Positions 1 through 9,216 of a DNA stretch of 35,123 bases are shown piece by piece. The translations under genes were made by a program, and so were the position numbers. The stretch spans positions 1 to 35,123 of the forward strand of contig JAEEOC010000005.1 in the NCBI GenBank assembly GCA_016284035.1, in the 5' to 3' direction. The stretch is from Dehalococcoidales bacterium (lineage in GTDB: Bacteria > Chloroflexota > Dehalococcoidia > Dehalococcoidales > UBA1222). Each line of letters starts with the position of its first letter. Positions within the stretch are counted from its first letter, which is position 1. The notes under the pieces are model-generated. The model was given only the letters and a program-made list of their open reading frames with translations. It did not search any database and was not told the DNA's origin.

Positions 1-114
1 ACGGGTGTCTGGTATCAGAATAAACCTTGTGCGCAATACGAAACGGAAATTGCAAATGATGATAATCTCGTGCTTTTCCTATCTAAGAAATTAAAACGGC
101 AAGACGAAAACTAA
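1..114 (+). CDS. 3' end of an unknown protein (truncated by window edge)
   Basis: Frame +1 is open from base 1 (TGVWYQNKPCAQYETEIANDDNLVLFLSKKLKRQDEN) to TAA at 112-114; AT-rich and convergent on the next gene. Not in the ORF track. Confidence 0.45.
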   Translation, partial: TGVWYQNKPCAQYETEIANDDNLVLFLSKKLKRQDEN

Positions 115-117
115 TCT

Positions 118-135
118 TACAAATTCCAATTTGTA
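118..135. repeat. Perfect 8-2-8 palindrome TACAAATT-CC-AATTTGTA
   Basis: Read directly, 3 nt after the stop at 114; its first 11 nt (TACAAATTCCA) recur at 528-538. Confidence 0.6.
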
Positions 136-155
136 GTACTTCGTACGTTTCAGTA

Positions 156-581
156 TCAATTATTAGTTCGGCGCTTCATACGTTGTTCCCGGTTCTTTTC
201 TTCGGAATCGAACAGCGTCACTGCCAGATCAGTCAGTTCTTTGCCCCATAGTTCACCCGTTTTTTGTACCTCTGCCCATGGACAGAGGGCGGCATAGTCT
301 TCATCGAGTTCGATATCATATGAACCATTGCGGTCGCTGACGCTTTTATACAAGTGTCTGCCCGTGCCGATCAACTCATGGGCGCCTCGGCGGTCCAGAC
401 GTTCAGTTTTAAGACGGCTGTAGGTGTCCTTGCCGATCTCATATAGATCGTAGTATCCGGCTACATAAGATTCTGCGGTGTAGAGTTCTCTTTTTTTGTC
501 GTGACAGGCTTTCCAGCCGTCACCCTCTACAAATTCCAGCTGTTCTTCTGTGTCTTGTGTCATCTTAGGTTTTCTTGGCAT
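156..581 (-). CDS. Hypothetical protein (141 aa)
   Basis: Protein-like ORF starting 14 nt after the ispG stop on the same strand; no motif recognised. Confidence 0.7.
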   Translation of the reverse strand: MPRKPKMTQDTEEQLEFVEGDGWKACHDKKRELYTAESYVAGYYDLYEIGKDTYSRLKTERLDRRGAHELIGTGRHLYKSVSDRNGSYDIELDEDYAALCPWAEVQKTGELWGKELTDLAVTLFDSEEKNREQRMKRRTNN

Positions 582-595
582 AATGGATCCCCGTT

Positions 596-1639
596 CTAGA
601 GATCTTCTATCTCCTTGAGGATACGGGGAATGATCTCATCTTCGGGGACATTACCGATGGTCTCTCCCTTCTTGAAGATGAGTCCGCAATTCTTTCCGCA
701 GGCGACGCCGACATCGGCATCTCTTGCTTCGCCCGGACCGTTCACGGCACATCCCATGACGGCGACTTTGATTGGCTTTTTGATGTCTTTCAGAGCTTCT
801 TCCATGTCGTGAGCCAGCTTGAAGACATCAGCCTGTGTCCTTCCGCAGGTGGGACAGCTGATGAGCTTGGGACCGTTGTCCCGTAGTCCCAGAGATCTAA
901 GTATCTCGAGTCCTGCTCTGACTTCTTCCACTGGGTCGGCAGTTAAGGACACTCTGATGGTGTCTCCGATACCTTCATCCAGAAGTATCCCCAGTCCCAC
1001 CGAGCTCCTGATGACACCGCAGTAGGAAGTCCCTGCTTCGGTGATCCCCAGATGCAGAGGATAGGGGATGAGTTTGGCTATCTTCTCGTATGCCCTGACA
1101 GTAGTCGGGACATCGGATGCTTTCAATGATACTTTTATGAGCCCGAAATCCAGGTCTTCCAGGATTCGTACATGGCGCATGGCGGCTTCCACCATGCGGT
1201 CGGGAAGCGGCATGCTCTCATCCAGATCCTTGGGGAGAGAGCCGGCATTGACGCCGATCCTGATGGGGATGTTTCTTTCTTTAGCGGCTTTTACGACGGC
1301 TTCGGTGCGTTCGCGTCCGCCGATATTGCCGGGATTCAGTCTGAGGGCATCTACTCCGCCTTTGATGGCGGTGAGGGCCAGTCGGTAATCGAAGTGGATA
1401 TCGGCAACGAGCGGGATACGGATCTGTTTTCTGATATCGGCAAGAGCTTCAGCGGCCTGTTCATCGGGTACCGCAAGACGGATGATCTCGCATCCGGCTT
1501 CTTCCAGTTCCCTGATGCTTCGGACAGTCGCTTTGATGTCGCGGGTATCGGTCTTGGTCATGGACTGTACGGTGATTGGTGCATCACCGCCGACAAGAAC
1601 GTCACCGATATGTAGCTGAATGCTCTTCCTGCGTGTCAT
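596..1639 (-). CDS. ispG: (E)-4-hydroxy-3-methylbut-2-enyl-diphosphate synthase
   Basis: VQSMT, ADIHFD, RLNPGNIG, RIGVNAGSL, HLGITEAG, GIGDTIRVSL and 4Fe-4S ligands CPTCGR...MGCAVNGPGE. Confidence 0.97.
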   Translation of the reverse strand: MTRRKSIQLHIGDVLVGGDAPITVQSMTKTDTRDIKATVRSIRELEEAGCEIIRLAVPDEQAAEALADIRKQIRIPLVADIHFDYRLALTAIKGGVDALRLNPGNIGGRERTEAVVKAAKERNIPIRIGVNAGSLPKDLDESMPLPDRMVEAAMRHVRILEDLDFGLIKVSLKASDVPTTVRAYEKIAKLIPYPLHLGITEAGTSYCGVIRSSVGLGILLDEGIGDTIRVSLTADPVEEVRAGLEILRSLGLRDNGPKLISCPTCGRTQADVFKLAHDMEEALKDIKKPIKVAVMGCAVNGPGEARDADVGVACGKNCGLIFKKGETIGNVPEDEIIPRILKEIEDL

Positions 1640-2697
1640 GGGATTATCCTGACTCCTGATATCAGTCTTCCGATATCAGATGATATTGCAAAGATCATCA
1701 GTGCCGCAAGGCATAAGAATCCGATCATATTGATCACTCTGGTCGCAGTATCGGGAAGCGGCTTGCCCCTGACCCATTCGATGATGGAGATGATGACCTG
1801 TCCTCCGTCGAGACCCGGGATGGGAAGCAGATTGAGTACTGCCAGGTTGATGCAGAGGAGTGCCATGAAGAGCAATAGAGTGCTGAATCCCATGTCGAGG
1901 TAGGCCCCTGTGACCTGAACGATGCTGATGGGACCTGCGACGTCGAAAGGTTCTTCACCTGAAAAGACCTTCGCAAACGCGCCGATGAAGAGTGTGTAGA
2001 AAGAATTGGTGGTCGTGATGGACTGCGGAATGGCTTCCAGCAGAGGGACCGAGCCTTTTACTATCTCATAATCGATGAACTGGACCATGATGCCGAGGGC
2101 TCCCTGTCCTTCGGGAGGATTGCTCCTGGGGATGACTGTCAGGTCAACGATGGTACCGTCATTCTTTTTGACGGTGATGGTGTTCTCCTGATCGAGTCTT
2201 CCTGCAATGGCGTCTTCCAGTCTGGAATCATATGATATCTCGATGCCGTTGGCAGACAGGATGATGTCGCCCGGGACGAGTCCGGCAGCTGCTGCCGGGG
2301 TGCCGTCGACGACTGCAGATACCTGCATCTTGCCGCCGCTGATACCGATATCATGGGGTACGATCAGCGCGATGAATACGATGACGTAAGCCAGTATGGC
2401 TGTTGCGACTGAACCTGCCAGTGCTATGAGAAGCCTTTTCCAAGGTTTCTGGTTGTTGAGAGCGCGGGCATCAGTGCCCGTTTCATCTATATTGAAGCGG
2501 TTGAAACCGCCCAAAGGTATCCAGTTCAGTGAATAGGTGGTCTCGCCTTTGGTGGTCGAGATGATCTTGGGAGGATATCCGATGCCGAATTCGTCGACTC
2601 TTACGTTCAGAGCTTTGGCAACGGAAAAATGCCCCAGTTCATGGAAGAATACGATGATGCCAAGGATGATCACGCAGGTGAGGATGTTAGCGATCAT
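1636..2697 (-). CDS. rseP: RIP metalloprotease RseP (M50 family, one PDZ domain)
   Basis: HELGH, IPLGG, PDZ-like TPAAAAGLVPGDII, NLLPIPGLDGG; typical dxr-rseP-ispG order. Confidence 0.95.
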   Translation of the reverse strand: MIANILTCVIILGIIVFFHELGHFSVAKALNVRVDEFGIGYPPKIISTTKGETTYSLNWIPLGGFNRFNIDETGTDARALNNQKPWKRLLIALAGSVATAILAYVIVFIALIVPHDIGISGGKMQVSAVVDGTPAAAAGLVPGDIILSANGIEISYDSRLEDAIAGRLDQENTITVKKNDGTIVDLTVIPRSNPPEGQGALGIMVQFIDYEIVKGSVPLLEAIPQSITTTNSFYTLFIGAFAKVFSGEEPFDVAGPISIVQVTGAYLDMGFSTLLLFMALLCINLAVLNLLPIPGLDGGQVIISIIEWVRGKPLPDTATRVINMIGFLCLAALMIFAISSDIGRLISGVRIIP

Positions 2698-2703
2698 GTC
2701 CTG

Positions 2704-3804
2704 TTACCGTCCCTGACAGAGAGACCTGACGTATTCGTGGGTCTCGGTAGTGATCTTTCGGATATCCTGTGCATCGAAGGTATCCAGCGCTTTATGATGA
2801 GAAAGAGCGTCTTCGATGACGGCGGGGATGTCGGTGTATTTGATCTTTCGGTCGAGGAAAGCCTCGACGGCGATATCATCGGCAGCGCACAGTACGGTGG
2901 GGTAGGTCTTTCCCAGCGTGATCGCTCTTACCGCCAGCCCCAGACAGGGGAATCGGTCATTATCCGGTCTCTCGAATGTCATGGTTGTCAGTGTGTCGAG
3001 ATCGATAGCAGGAATAACGGGATTCGGCAGCCTCTCAGGATATGAGAGAGCGAACTGGATGGGGATACGCATATCGGGTACTCCCAGCTGGGCCTTGATG
3101 GCGCCGTCCACGAACTCCACCATTGAATGGATGATGCTCTGGGGATGGACCAGTACTTCGATCTGATCGATAGCAGTTCCGAAGAGACGGTATGCTTCGA
3201 TGATCTCAAAACCCTTGTTCATAAGGGTAGATGAATCGATGGTGACTTTCTTTCCCATATTCCATGAAGGGTGTTTCAAGGCCTGTTCGGGGGTGATGGA
3301 AGGCATTTCGGATTTGGGAGTCTTTCTGAAGGGACCGCCTGATGCGGTGAGTATGATCTTGCGGGGCTTTCCCTCTCCAAGGAGACACTGCCAGATGGCA
3401 GAATGTTCGCTGTCGATGGGATGAAGTCTTGCACCGCTCTTCTTACAGTTCTTATTGATGATCTCGCCGGCTGAGACCAGCGTTTCCTTATTGGCGATGG
3501 CAATCGTTTTTCCGCAGGTCGATGCACCGATGGTGGCTTCCAGAGCAGAAAGACCGACGGTCGCGATGACGACGATATCGGCTTCATCCATGGTGGCAAG
3601 ATCGGTAAGGATGGATGCATCCTGATTAGATGCGACGAAGACATGTTTCGGGGAGAAAGCGCGGATCTGTTCCTGAAGCAGCGGAGTATCATGACCTGCT
3701 GCCAGTGCTGTTACTTCATACAGGTCGCGGTGCTGATCGATGACATCCAGTGTCTGGGTGCCGATGCTTCCGGTGGAACCTAGTATCGCTACGCGTTTCT
3801 TCAT
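2704..3804 (-). CDS. dxr: 1-deoxy-D-xylulose-5-phosphate reductoisomerase
   Basis: LGSTGSIG, ANKETLV, PIDSEHSAIWQ, LTASGGPF, HPSWNMGKKVTIDS. Confidence 0.97.
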   Translation of the reverse strand: MKKRVAILGSTGSIGTQTLDVIDQHRDLYEVTALAAGHDTPLLQEQIRAFSPKHVFVASNQDASILTDLATMDEADIVVIATVGLSALEATIGASTCGKTIAIANKETLVSAGEIINKNCKKSGARLHPIDSEHSAIWQCLLGEGKPRKIILTASGGPFRKTPKSEMPSITPEQALKHPSWNMGKKVTIDSSTLMNKGFEIIEAYRLFGTAIDQIEVLVHPQSIIHSMVEFVDGAIKAQLGVPDMRIPIQFALSYPERLPNPVIPAIDLDTLTTMTFERPDNDRFPCLGLAVRAITLGKTYPTVLCAADDIAVEAFLDRKIKYTDIPAVIEDALSHHKALDTFDAQDIRKITTETHEYVRSLCQGR

Positions 3805-3811
3805 ATCTTTA

Positions 3812-3840
3812 ATGATAGCTAATGAACAGGAAAATCTAAA
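3812..3840 (-). promoter_or_regulatory. Candidate internal promoter for dxr (TTTAGA-17-TATCAT), 7 nt before the ATG
   Basis: Hexamers and 17-nt spacer read on the minus strand; no clear Shine-Dalgarno before dxr. Confidence 0.4.
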
Positions 3841-3858
3841 ATGATCTGACGGGCATGG

Positions 3859-4695
3859 CTACAGGGCGAGTACCATGGACCAGATGAATGTGACGAGACC
3901 GCTCATTATCAGGCTGTCGATCCTGTCCAGCATACCGCCGTGACCGGGAAGGAGATTCGAAGAATCCTTGAGATTGGCTGAACGTTTGAAATAGGATTCG
4001 ATGAGATCGCCGAATACGGCCACCGGGAAGAGTGTCACACAGTAGAGGATCACCTGCCAGACGGCAAAACCGATATGGAGGAAGTGGTTGAGCAGGAGTG
4101 CTGATGCAACGAGTCCGGCGAAACCTCCGAAGAGTCCTTCGACACTCTTTTTGGGACTCAGATTAGGAGCAAAGTGGTGTCTTCCCAAAGAAACGCCGAC
4201 AAAATACGAGAAGATATCGATAGCAAATACGTTGACGAAGGCGAAGATGAGCAGGAACTTTCCGTCTTCAGCTGCGCCGATATTGACATAGAAGCTGGGC
4301 AGAAGGCCGAGATAGATGATGCCGAACATGGTCCACGCTGCAGAGTCGGCGCCTTCTCTGTAATCTCTGTGTCTGAGCATGTTGCAGAGTACCACGGCTG
4401 CAATCACTCCGACCAGCACGAACGATACCGCTACCGGGCTGATGTACAGCACCGATGAACTGATGGCCAGTCTGGAAATGTAGAGCGCAAAAATGAGGAA
4501 TACGATCGCGACATGACCGATCCTGCGGAAAGGTTTGTGTCCGATGCTGACGGCGATGTCATAGAACTCTTTGAGCGCCAGTTCACATGCCGCTGTCAGC
4601 AGTACCGCAAACAGCGGCAGCGGTGCATTGTTGAACCATATGCATACAGCCAGGATCGGGACCAAAATGAGAGCAGTGAGAATTCTTTTTAACAT
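3859..4695 (-). CDS. cdsA: Phosphatidate cytidylyltransferase
   Basis: Hydrophobic protein with SPKKSVEG and DLIESYFKRSANLKDSSNLLPGHGGMLDRIDS. Confidence 0.95.
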   Translation of the reverse strand: MLKRILTALILVPILAVCIWFNNAPLPLFAVLLTAACELALKEFYDIAVSIGHKPFRRIGHVAIVFLIFALYISRLAISSSVLYISPVAVSFVLVGVIAAVVLCNMLRHRDYREGADSAAWTMFGIIYLGLLPSFYVNIGAAEDGKFLLIFAFVNVFAIDIFSYFVGVSLGRHHFAPNLSPKKSVEGLFGGFAGLVASALLLNHFLHIGFAVWQVILYCVTLFPVAVFGDLIESYFKRSANLKDSSNLLPGHGGMLDRIDSLIMSGLVTFIWSMVLAL

Positions 4696-5393
4696 CCTTC
4701 AACCCTTCCGAATTTTCTTTTTCGTTCGGCATAAGACTCCAATGCTTTGGATATCTCTTCATCGCCGAAATCCGGCCAGAGGGTCGGAGAATAGTAGTAT
4801 TCCGCATAGGCGCATTCCCAAATGAGGAAGTTGGAAAGGCGCTGTTCGCCGGCGCTGCGGATCACGAGATCCACAGGCGGCATGTTGGGCACATAAAGGT
4901 GACTGTCCATCATCTCTTCAGTGACATTTGAGAGATCACAGCCTTCCTCAGCCATGGAGCGCACCGCATCGATGATCTCCTGTCTGCCGCCGTAATCGAT
5001 GGCAAGACAGAGAGTCATGCCGGTATTCTTGCTCGTCCTGAGGACTGCGTCATCCAGGGCTTTCTTGACCTTTTCGCTGAAGTGGCAGGTCCTGCCGGTG
5101 TGGATGAGACGGACATTGTTGGAATCGATCTTGTCGATATACTTCCCCAGACTCTTGATGAACAGTTCAAAGAGTCCGGATACTTCATCGGAAGGACGGT
5201 TCCAGTTTTCTGTCGAGAATGTATAGAGTGTTGCAAACTCGATATTATGGTTGACCAGGGATTCCAGTACGCGGTCGGTGGCTTCGACACCGGCTTTGTG
5301 TCCGAACAGACGCGGGAGCTTTTTGGACGTAGCCCAGCGGCCGTTGCCGTCCATGATGATCGCTATATGTTTAGGGAGTTGCTTCTCATCCAT
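4689..5393 (-). CDS. uppS: Undecaprenyl diphosphate synthase
   Basis: PKHIAIIMDGNGRWA, FSTENWNRP, YGGRQEI, RLSNFLIW. Confidence 0.96.
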   Translation of the reverse strand: MDEKQLPKHIAIIMDGNGRWATSKKLPRLFGHKAGVEATDRVLESLVNHNIEFATLYTFSTENWNRPSDEVSGLFELFIKSLGKYIDKIDSNNVRLIHTGRTCHFSEKVKKALDDAVLRTSKNTGMTLCLAIDYGGRQEIIDAVRSMAEEGCDLSNVTEEMMDSHLYVPNMPPVDLVIRSAGEQRLSNFLIWECAYAEYYYSPTLWPDFGDEEISKALESYAERKRKFGRVEGC

Positions 5394-5408
5394 GGCGGTC
5401 GGCGGTCT

Positions 5409-5963
5409 CTATACCTGTCGTAACTCGGTTTCCTTGGCAGCGGTCAGCTGGTCGATGTTGGCGACATAAGCGTCGATCATCTTCTGGAGCTTGGCTTCAC
5501 CGCGTTTCATGTCATCCTGGGAGATCTCTTTGTCCTTCTCCAGTTTCTTGATGCCGTCGAGCGCGTCGCGTCGGTGATTCCTGAGGATGACTTTCTGTTC
5601 TTCGGCCATCTTCTTGATCTGTTTGACGAGATCGTTTCGGCGTTCCTCGGATAGGGGAGGGATGGTGAGACGGATGATCGAACCGTCGTTGGACGGGGTG
5701 ATGCCGAGAGAGCTCTGCATGATCGCTTTTTCGATCAGGTTGATGCTCTTATGATCCCACGGCTGGATGGTGATCATGTTGCTGGCTGCAACGGATACCA
5801 CGGCCATGTGATTGATGGGAGTAGGTGTTCCGGCGTAATCGACTTTGATGTTATCAAGCATAGAAGGATTGGCGCGGCCGGTGCGGATCGTGGCGAAATC
5901 CTTCTTGAGAGCTTCGATCGTTGCCTGCATCTTACCCTCGGTCTTCTGAAGAATATCGTTCAT
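5409..5963 (-). CDS. frr: Ribosome recycling factor
   Basis: IRTGRANP, GITPSNDG, PPLSEERR; GAGG RBS; follows pyrH. Confidence 0.97.
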   Translation of the reverse strand: MNDILQKTEGKMQATIEALKKDFATIRTGRANPSMLDNIKVDYAGTPTPINHMAVVSVAASNMITIQPWDHKSINLIEKAIMQSSLGITPSNDGSIIRLTIPPLSEERRNDLVKQIKKMAEEQKVILRNHRRDALDGIKKLEKDKEISQDDMKRGEAKLQKMIDAYVANIDQLTAAKETELRQV

Positions 5964-5985
5964 TTCATTACCTCCTATTGATCGA

Positions 5986-6708
5986 TTATTCCAATGTCAC
6001 TTTCGTTCCGACATGCTCGCCTGTGAGGAGCTTTGCGAGATCATCGTTGGCAAGGATATCGAAGACGTTGATCGAGACATTGTTTTCCATGCATAAAGTC
6101 AAAGCAGTTGCATCCATGACAGAAAGCTTTCTTGAGAGGGCTTCTGCGAATGTGATGTGGTCGAACTTCTTGGCATTTTTGTTCTTCCTGGGATCTGAAT
6201 CATAGATGCCGTCTACTTTGTTCTTGCTCATGATGAGCAGATCGACCCCCAGTTCGATCGCACGCAATGCTGCGGCGGTGTCTGTGGTCATATAAGGGTT
6301 GCCGGTACCGCCGGCAAGGATGACGACACGTCCCTTTTCCATATGTCGGAGGGCTTTTCTGCGGATATACGGTTCGGCTACCTGCTGGATGTTGATGGCA
6401 GTCTGGATACGTGTGTCAATGCCCTGTTTTTCCAGAGCGTCCTGTAAAGAGATGGCGTTGATGACAGTTGCTAGCATGCCGGCATAATCGGCAGCTGCTC
6501 TGTCGAAGCCCTGCTGTTCAGCAGGTGCACCGCGCCAAATGTTTCCCCCACCAACAACTATGGCTACTTCAATGCCCATGTCGTGAGCGACTTTAACGCG
6601 CGATGCTACCTGTTGCAGTGTCTTGGCATCGATACCATAGTCTGTATTACCTTTGAAAGCCTCTCCGCTCAGTTTGAGAAGGATCCGTTTGTAAACGGGA
6701 TTAGGCAT
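5986..6708 (-). CDS. pyrH: UMP kinase
   Basis: [36 protein letters not shown]. Confidence 0.97.
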   Translation of the reverse strand: MPNPVYKRILLKLSGEAFKGNTDYGIDAKTLQQVASRVKVAHDMGIEVAIVVGGGNIWRGAPAEQQGFDRAAADYAGMLATVINAISLQDALEKQGIDTRIQTAINIQQVAEPYIRRKALRHMEKGRVVILAGGTGNPYMTTDTAAALRAIELGVDLLIMSKNKVDGIYDSDPRKNKNAKKFDHITFAEALSRKLSVMDATALTLCMENNVSINVFDILANDDLAKLLTGEHVGTKVTLE

Positions 6709-6723
6709 AGCAGACTCCTGGAT

Positions 6724-7257
6724 TTAGTTATTTGCGTTTATTACGTTGGTCTTACCGACTTCATATCGGATGAAGCGGGAGACTTTGATGTTTTCCTTAT
6801 ACTTTGCAACACAATCGATGATGAGATCTTTGATTGTGAGGGAAGGATCCTTGAAGAACGGCTGGCTCAGGAGGTCGACGATCTCGTCGGATTCGAGAGT
6901 CTCTTTGCGTTCTGCAGGGACGGATTCGGGGTTGATATATTCGGGAGCCATTGCAGCGATCTGCATTGCGATGTTGCGGGCGAGTTCCTGGAAACCTTCG
7001 TTATGAGCAACGAAGTCGGTCTCGCAGTTGACTTCGACCATGGCGCCGATTCGTCCGTTGTGGACATATGAACCGATACAACCCTGGGCGGCTACTCGGT
7101 CTGCTTTCTGTGCTGCCTTGATGACACCCTTTTCTCGGATGATCTCGATAGCTCTCTTGATGTCGCCGTCGGCTTCTTCAAGAGCTTTCTTGCAGTCCAT
7201 GGTTCCGGCCTGGGTGATACCACGTAATTCTTTAATCTGTTCGATAGAGATAGCCAT
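6724..7257 (-). CDS. tsf: Translation elongation factor Ts (short, 177-aa form)
   Basis: IKELR...[28 protein letters not shown]; between rpsB and pyrH. Confidence 0.96.
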   Translation of the reverse strand: MAISIEQIKELRGITQAGTMDCKKALEEADGDIKRAIEIIREKGVIKAAQKADRVAAQGCIGSYVHNGRIGAMVEVNCETDFVAHNEGFQELARNIAMQIAAMAPEYINPESVPAERKETLESDEIVDLLSQPFFKDPSLTIKDLIIDCVAKYKENIKVSRFIRYEVGKTNVINANN

Positions 7258-7298
7258 CTAAGTTGTCTCCAATCTTCTTAATAATTAATGTCAGAAAA

Positions 7299-8063
7299 CT
7301 ATTCAGCGGCTGCTTCGGCAGCTTCTTCGGTTGCTTCTGCAGTTTCTTCGATCTCAACCTGTTCGACGGTGGGCTGTCCGCCAGTGACTTCCAGGATGGA
7401 AGTGGCGATCTTGCCGGCGATCAGTTTGATTGCGCGAAGAGCATCATCGTTGGAAGGAATAGGGGCATCGATCTCGTCAGGGTTGCAGTTAGTGTCGACC
7501 ATGGCGATGATGGGGATACCGACTCGCTGAGCTTCTGCAACGGCGATTCGTTCCTTGGTAGGATCGATGATGAAGAGGGCAGCGGGAAGTGCGGTCATTT
7601 CTTTGATGCCGCCGAGCTGGACGTTGAGTTCATCGATCTCTTCGTTGAGATCCTGGACTTCTTTCTTGGGAAGTCGGGCGAACTCGCCTTTTTCTCGCTG
7701 GTCTTCAAGCTGGACCAAGTGGTCGATTCGCTTCTGGATGGTCTGGAAGTTGGTAAGGGTACCGCCGATCCATCTCTGATTGACATAATACATGTTGCAG
7801 CGTTTTGCTTCTTCTTCGATGATGGTCTGAGCCTGTTTTTTGGTACCTACGAAAAGGATCTTGCCGCCTTCACCGGCGATCTCTTTAACATAGTCACATG
7901 CTTCGTTGAGCATGGCAGCGGTCTTTTCAAGGTCAATGATATGGATGCCGTTCCTCTTGGTGAAGATATACTTCTTCATGTGAGGATTCCAGCGGCTGGT
8001 CTGATGACCGAAATGAGCACCCGCTTCAAGTAATTCTTTGATTGTAGTGGTATTGTCTGCCAA
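7299..8063 (-). CDS. rpsB: 30S ribosomal protein S2
   Basis: [37 protein letters not shown]; TTG start with GGAGG RBS. Confidence 0.98.
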   Translation of the reverse strand: MADNTTTIKELLEAGAHFGHQTSRWNPHMKKYIFTKRNGIHIIDLEKTAAMLNEACDYVKEIAGEGGKILFVGTKKQAQTIIEEEAKRCNMYYVNQRWIGGTLTNFQTIQKRIDHLVQLEDQREKGEFARLPKKEVQDLNEEIDELNVQLGGIKEMTALPAALFIIDPTKERIAVAEAQRVGIPIIAMVDTNCNPDEIDAPIPSNDDALRAIKLIAGKIATSILEVTGGQPTVEQVEIEETAEATEEAAEAAAE

Positions 8064-8109
8064 GAAATTTGCCCTCCAAGGTCTTGTTCTAAATTTATTT
8101 CAAAGCGGT

Positions 8110-8138
8110 ATTTTAGCATATCTCCTGTTCATGAGCAA
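8110..8138 (-). promoter_or_regulatory. Sigma70-type promoter of the rpsB operon (TTGCTC-17-TAAAAT, extended TG)
   Basis: -35 at 8138-8133, -10 at 8115-8110, 17-nt spacer ending TGC. Confidence 0.65.
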
Positions 8139-8239
8139 ACTCTATTTTATTTATTTAAGACTTTTCTCTTTGTAAAACTGCTACCAAAATAGGTTGAGAT
8201 CATATTGTTTTTGAGTTCAAAACAGTCTTGTTGATGCAG

Positions 8240-8267
8240 TTGATTTTCATTTTTCGGGTGTTATAAT
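8240..8267 (+). promoter_or_regulatory. Promoter of USP-trkA-trkA (TTGATT-16-TATAAT, extended TG), probably leaderless
   Basis: TGtTATAAT at 8259-8267, 6 nt before ATG 8274, no SD. Confidence 0.65.
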
Positions 8268-8273
8268 TGCAAC

Positions 8274-8732
8274 ATGCCAATTCAAGATTTTCAGACGGTT
8301 ATCGTTCCTTTAGCTGGTGACGACCGGGATATCGAAACGGTGTCTTTGGCCTGCAGCCTCTACAGAACGAAAGCTGCCAAGAGAACGGTCATCGCTCTCC
8401 GTGTGGTTGAGATCGACCGCTCCCTTCCTATCAATGCAGACCTGAGTCATGAGGTTGACAAGGCCAACGCGATGATCGAAGACATCCGACAGAAGACCCA
8501 GGAGCTGTTCAAACTGAATGAGTGTGATTTCGTCGCCGATGTAAGACAGGCGCGTATCATAGGTTCAGCAATCATCGAAGATGCTGAAGAATTCAAAGCT
8601 GATCTGATCGTGATGTCCTTAAATGCAGACCATGATCTCGGCGAGTACAGCATGGGAACCATCGTTCCCTATGTCCTTGAGAATGCCAAGTGCAGGGTCA
8701 TCGTCGATCAGGAACCGGCAATCAAGGAATAA
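8274..8732 (+). CDS. Universal stress protein (USP) family
   Basis: N-terminal IVPLAG strand; C-terminal AIIEDAEEFKADLIVMS...MGTIVPYVLENAKCRVIV fits the USP signature. Confidence 0.85.
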   Translation: MPIQDFQTVIVPLAGDDRDIETVSLACSLYRTKAAKRTVIALRVVEIDRSLPINADLSHEVDKANAMIEDIRQKTQELFKLNECDFVADVRQARIIGSAIIEDAEEFKADLIVMSLNADHDLGEYSMGTIVPYVLENAKCRVIVDQEPAIKE

Positions 8733-8736
8733 TCTT

Positions 8737-9216
8737 ATGAAAATCATTATTTTTGGCTGCGGCCGCGTAGGCTCTAGATTAGCTGTCCTTTTGCATTCAT
8801 TGGGACATGATGTATCTGTCATCGATTATAACCCCGACGCATTTCTGAAACTTCCCGAGACATATAAGGGCACCAACATCCTGGGAAACGGTATGGATGA
8901 TGACGTTCTCCGACGTGCCGGCATCGAGAAAGCCGATGCCCTCATCGCTGTGACTCAGGGCGACAACAGGAATATCATGGTTTCAGAGATCGCCAAATAC
9001 ATTTACAACGTTCCTAAAGTCATCACCAGGGTCTATGATCCTGTCCGATGTGAGATGTTCGGCAAACTGGGACTCGATACCAGCAGTCCGACACTCACTT
9101 TCACCAATGCCATCTCGGAAGATCTCCTTCAGGGATGGGCGGTACCTGAACCTTCTGATCCGAAAGAAGAGGAACCCGAAAAGGCCGAGGATCCCAAAGA
9201 GGAGGTGGCTCAGTAA
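8737..9216 (+). CDS. trkA: TrkA-N (RCK_N-only) potassium transport regulatory protein with acidic tail
   Basis: MKIIIFGCGRVG Rossmann motif, AGIEKADALIAVTQGDNRN; start moved from 8623 to ATG 8737 (AAGGA RBS). Confidence 0.88.
   Translation: MKIIIFGCGRVGSRLAVLLHSLGHDVSVIDYNPDAFLKLPETYKGTNILGNGMDDDVLRRAGIEKADALIAVTQGDNRNIMVSEIAKYIYNVPKVITRVYDPVRCEMFGKLGLDTSSPTLTFTNAISEDLLQGWAVPEPSDPKEEEPEKAEDPKEEVAQ

Noticed and set aside
7263-8033. Long antisense or alternate-frame ORFs (e.g. 7263-8033, 13676-14278, 18628-19374)
   Set aside because: Shadow ORFs over well-supported genes, with no motifs of their own.
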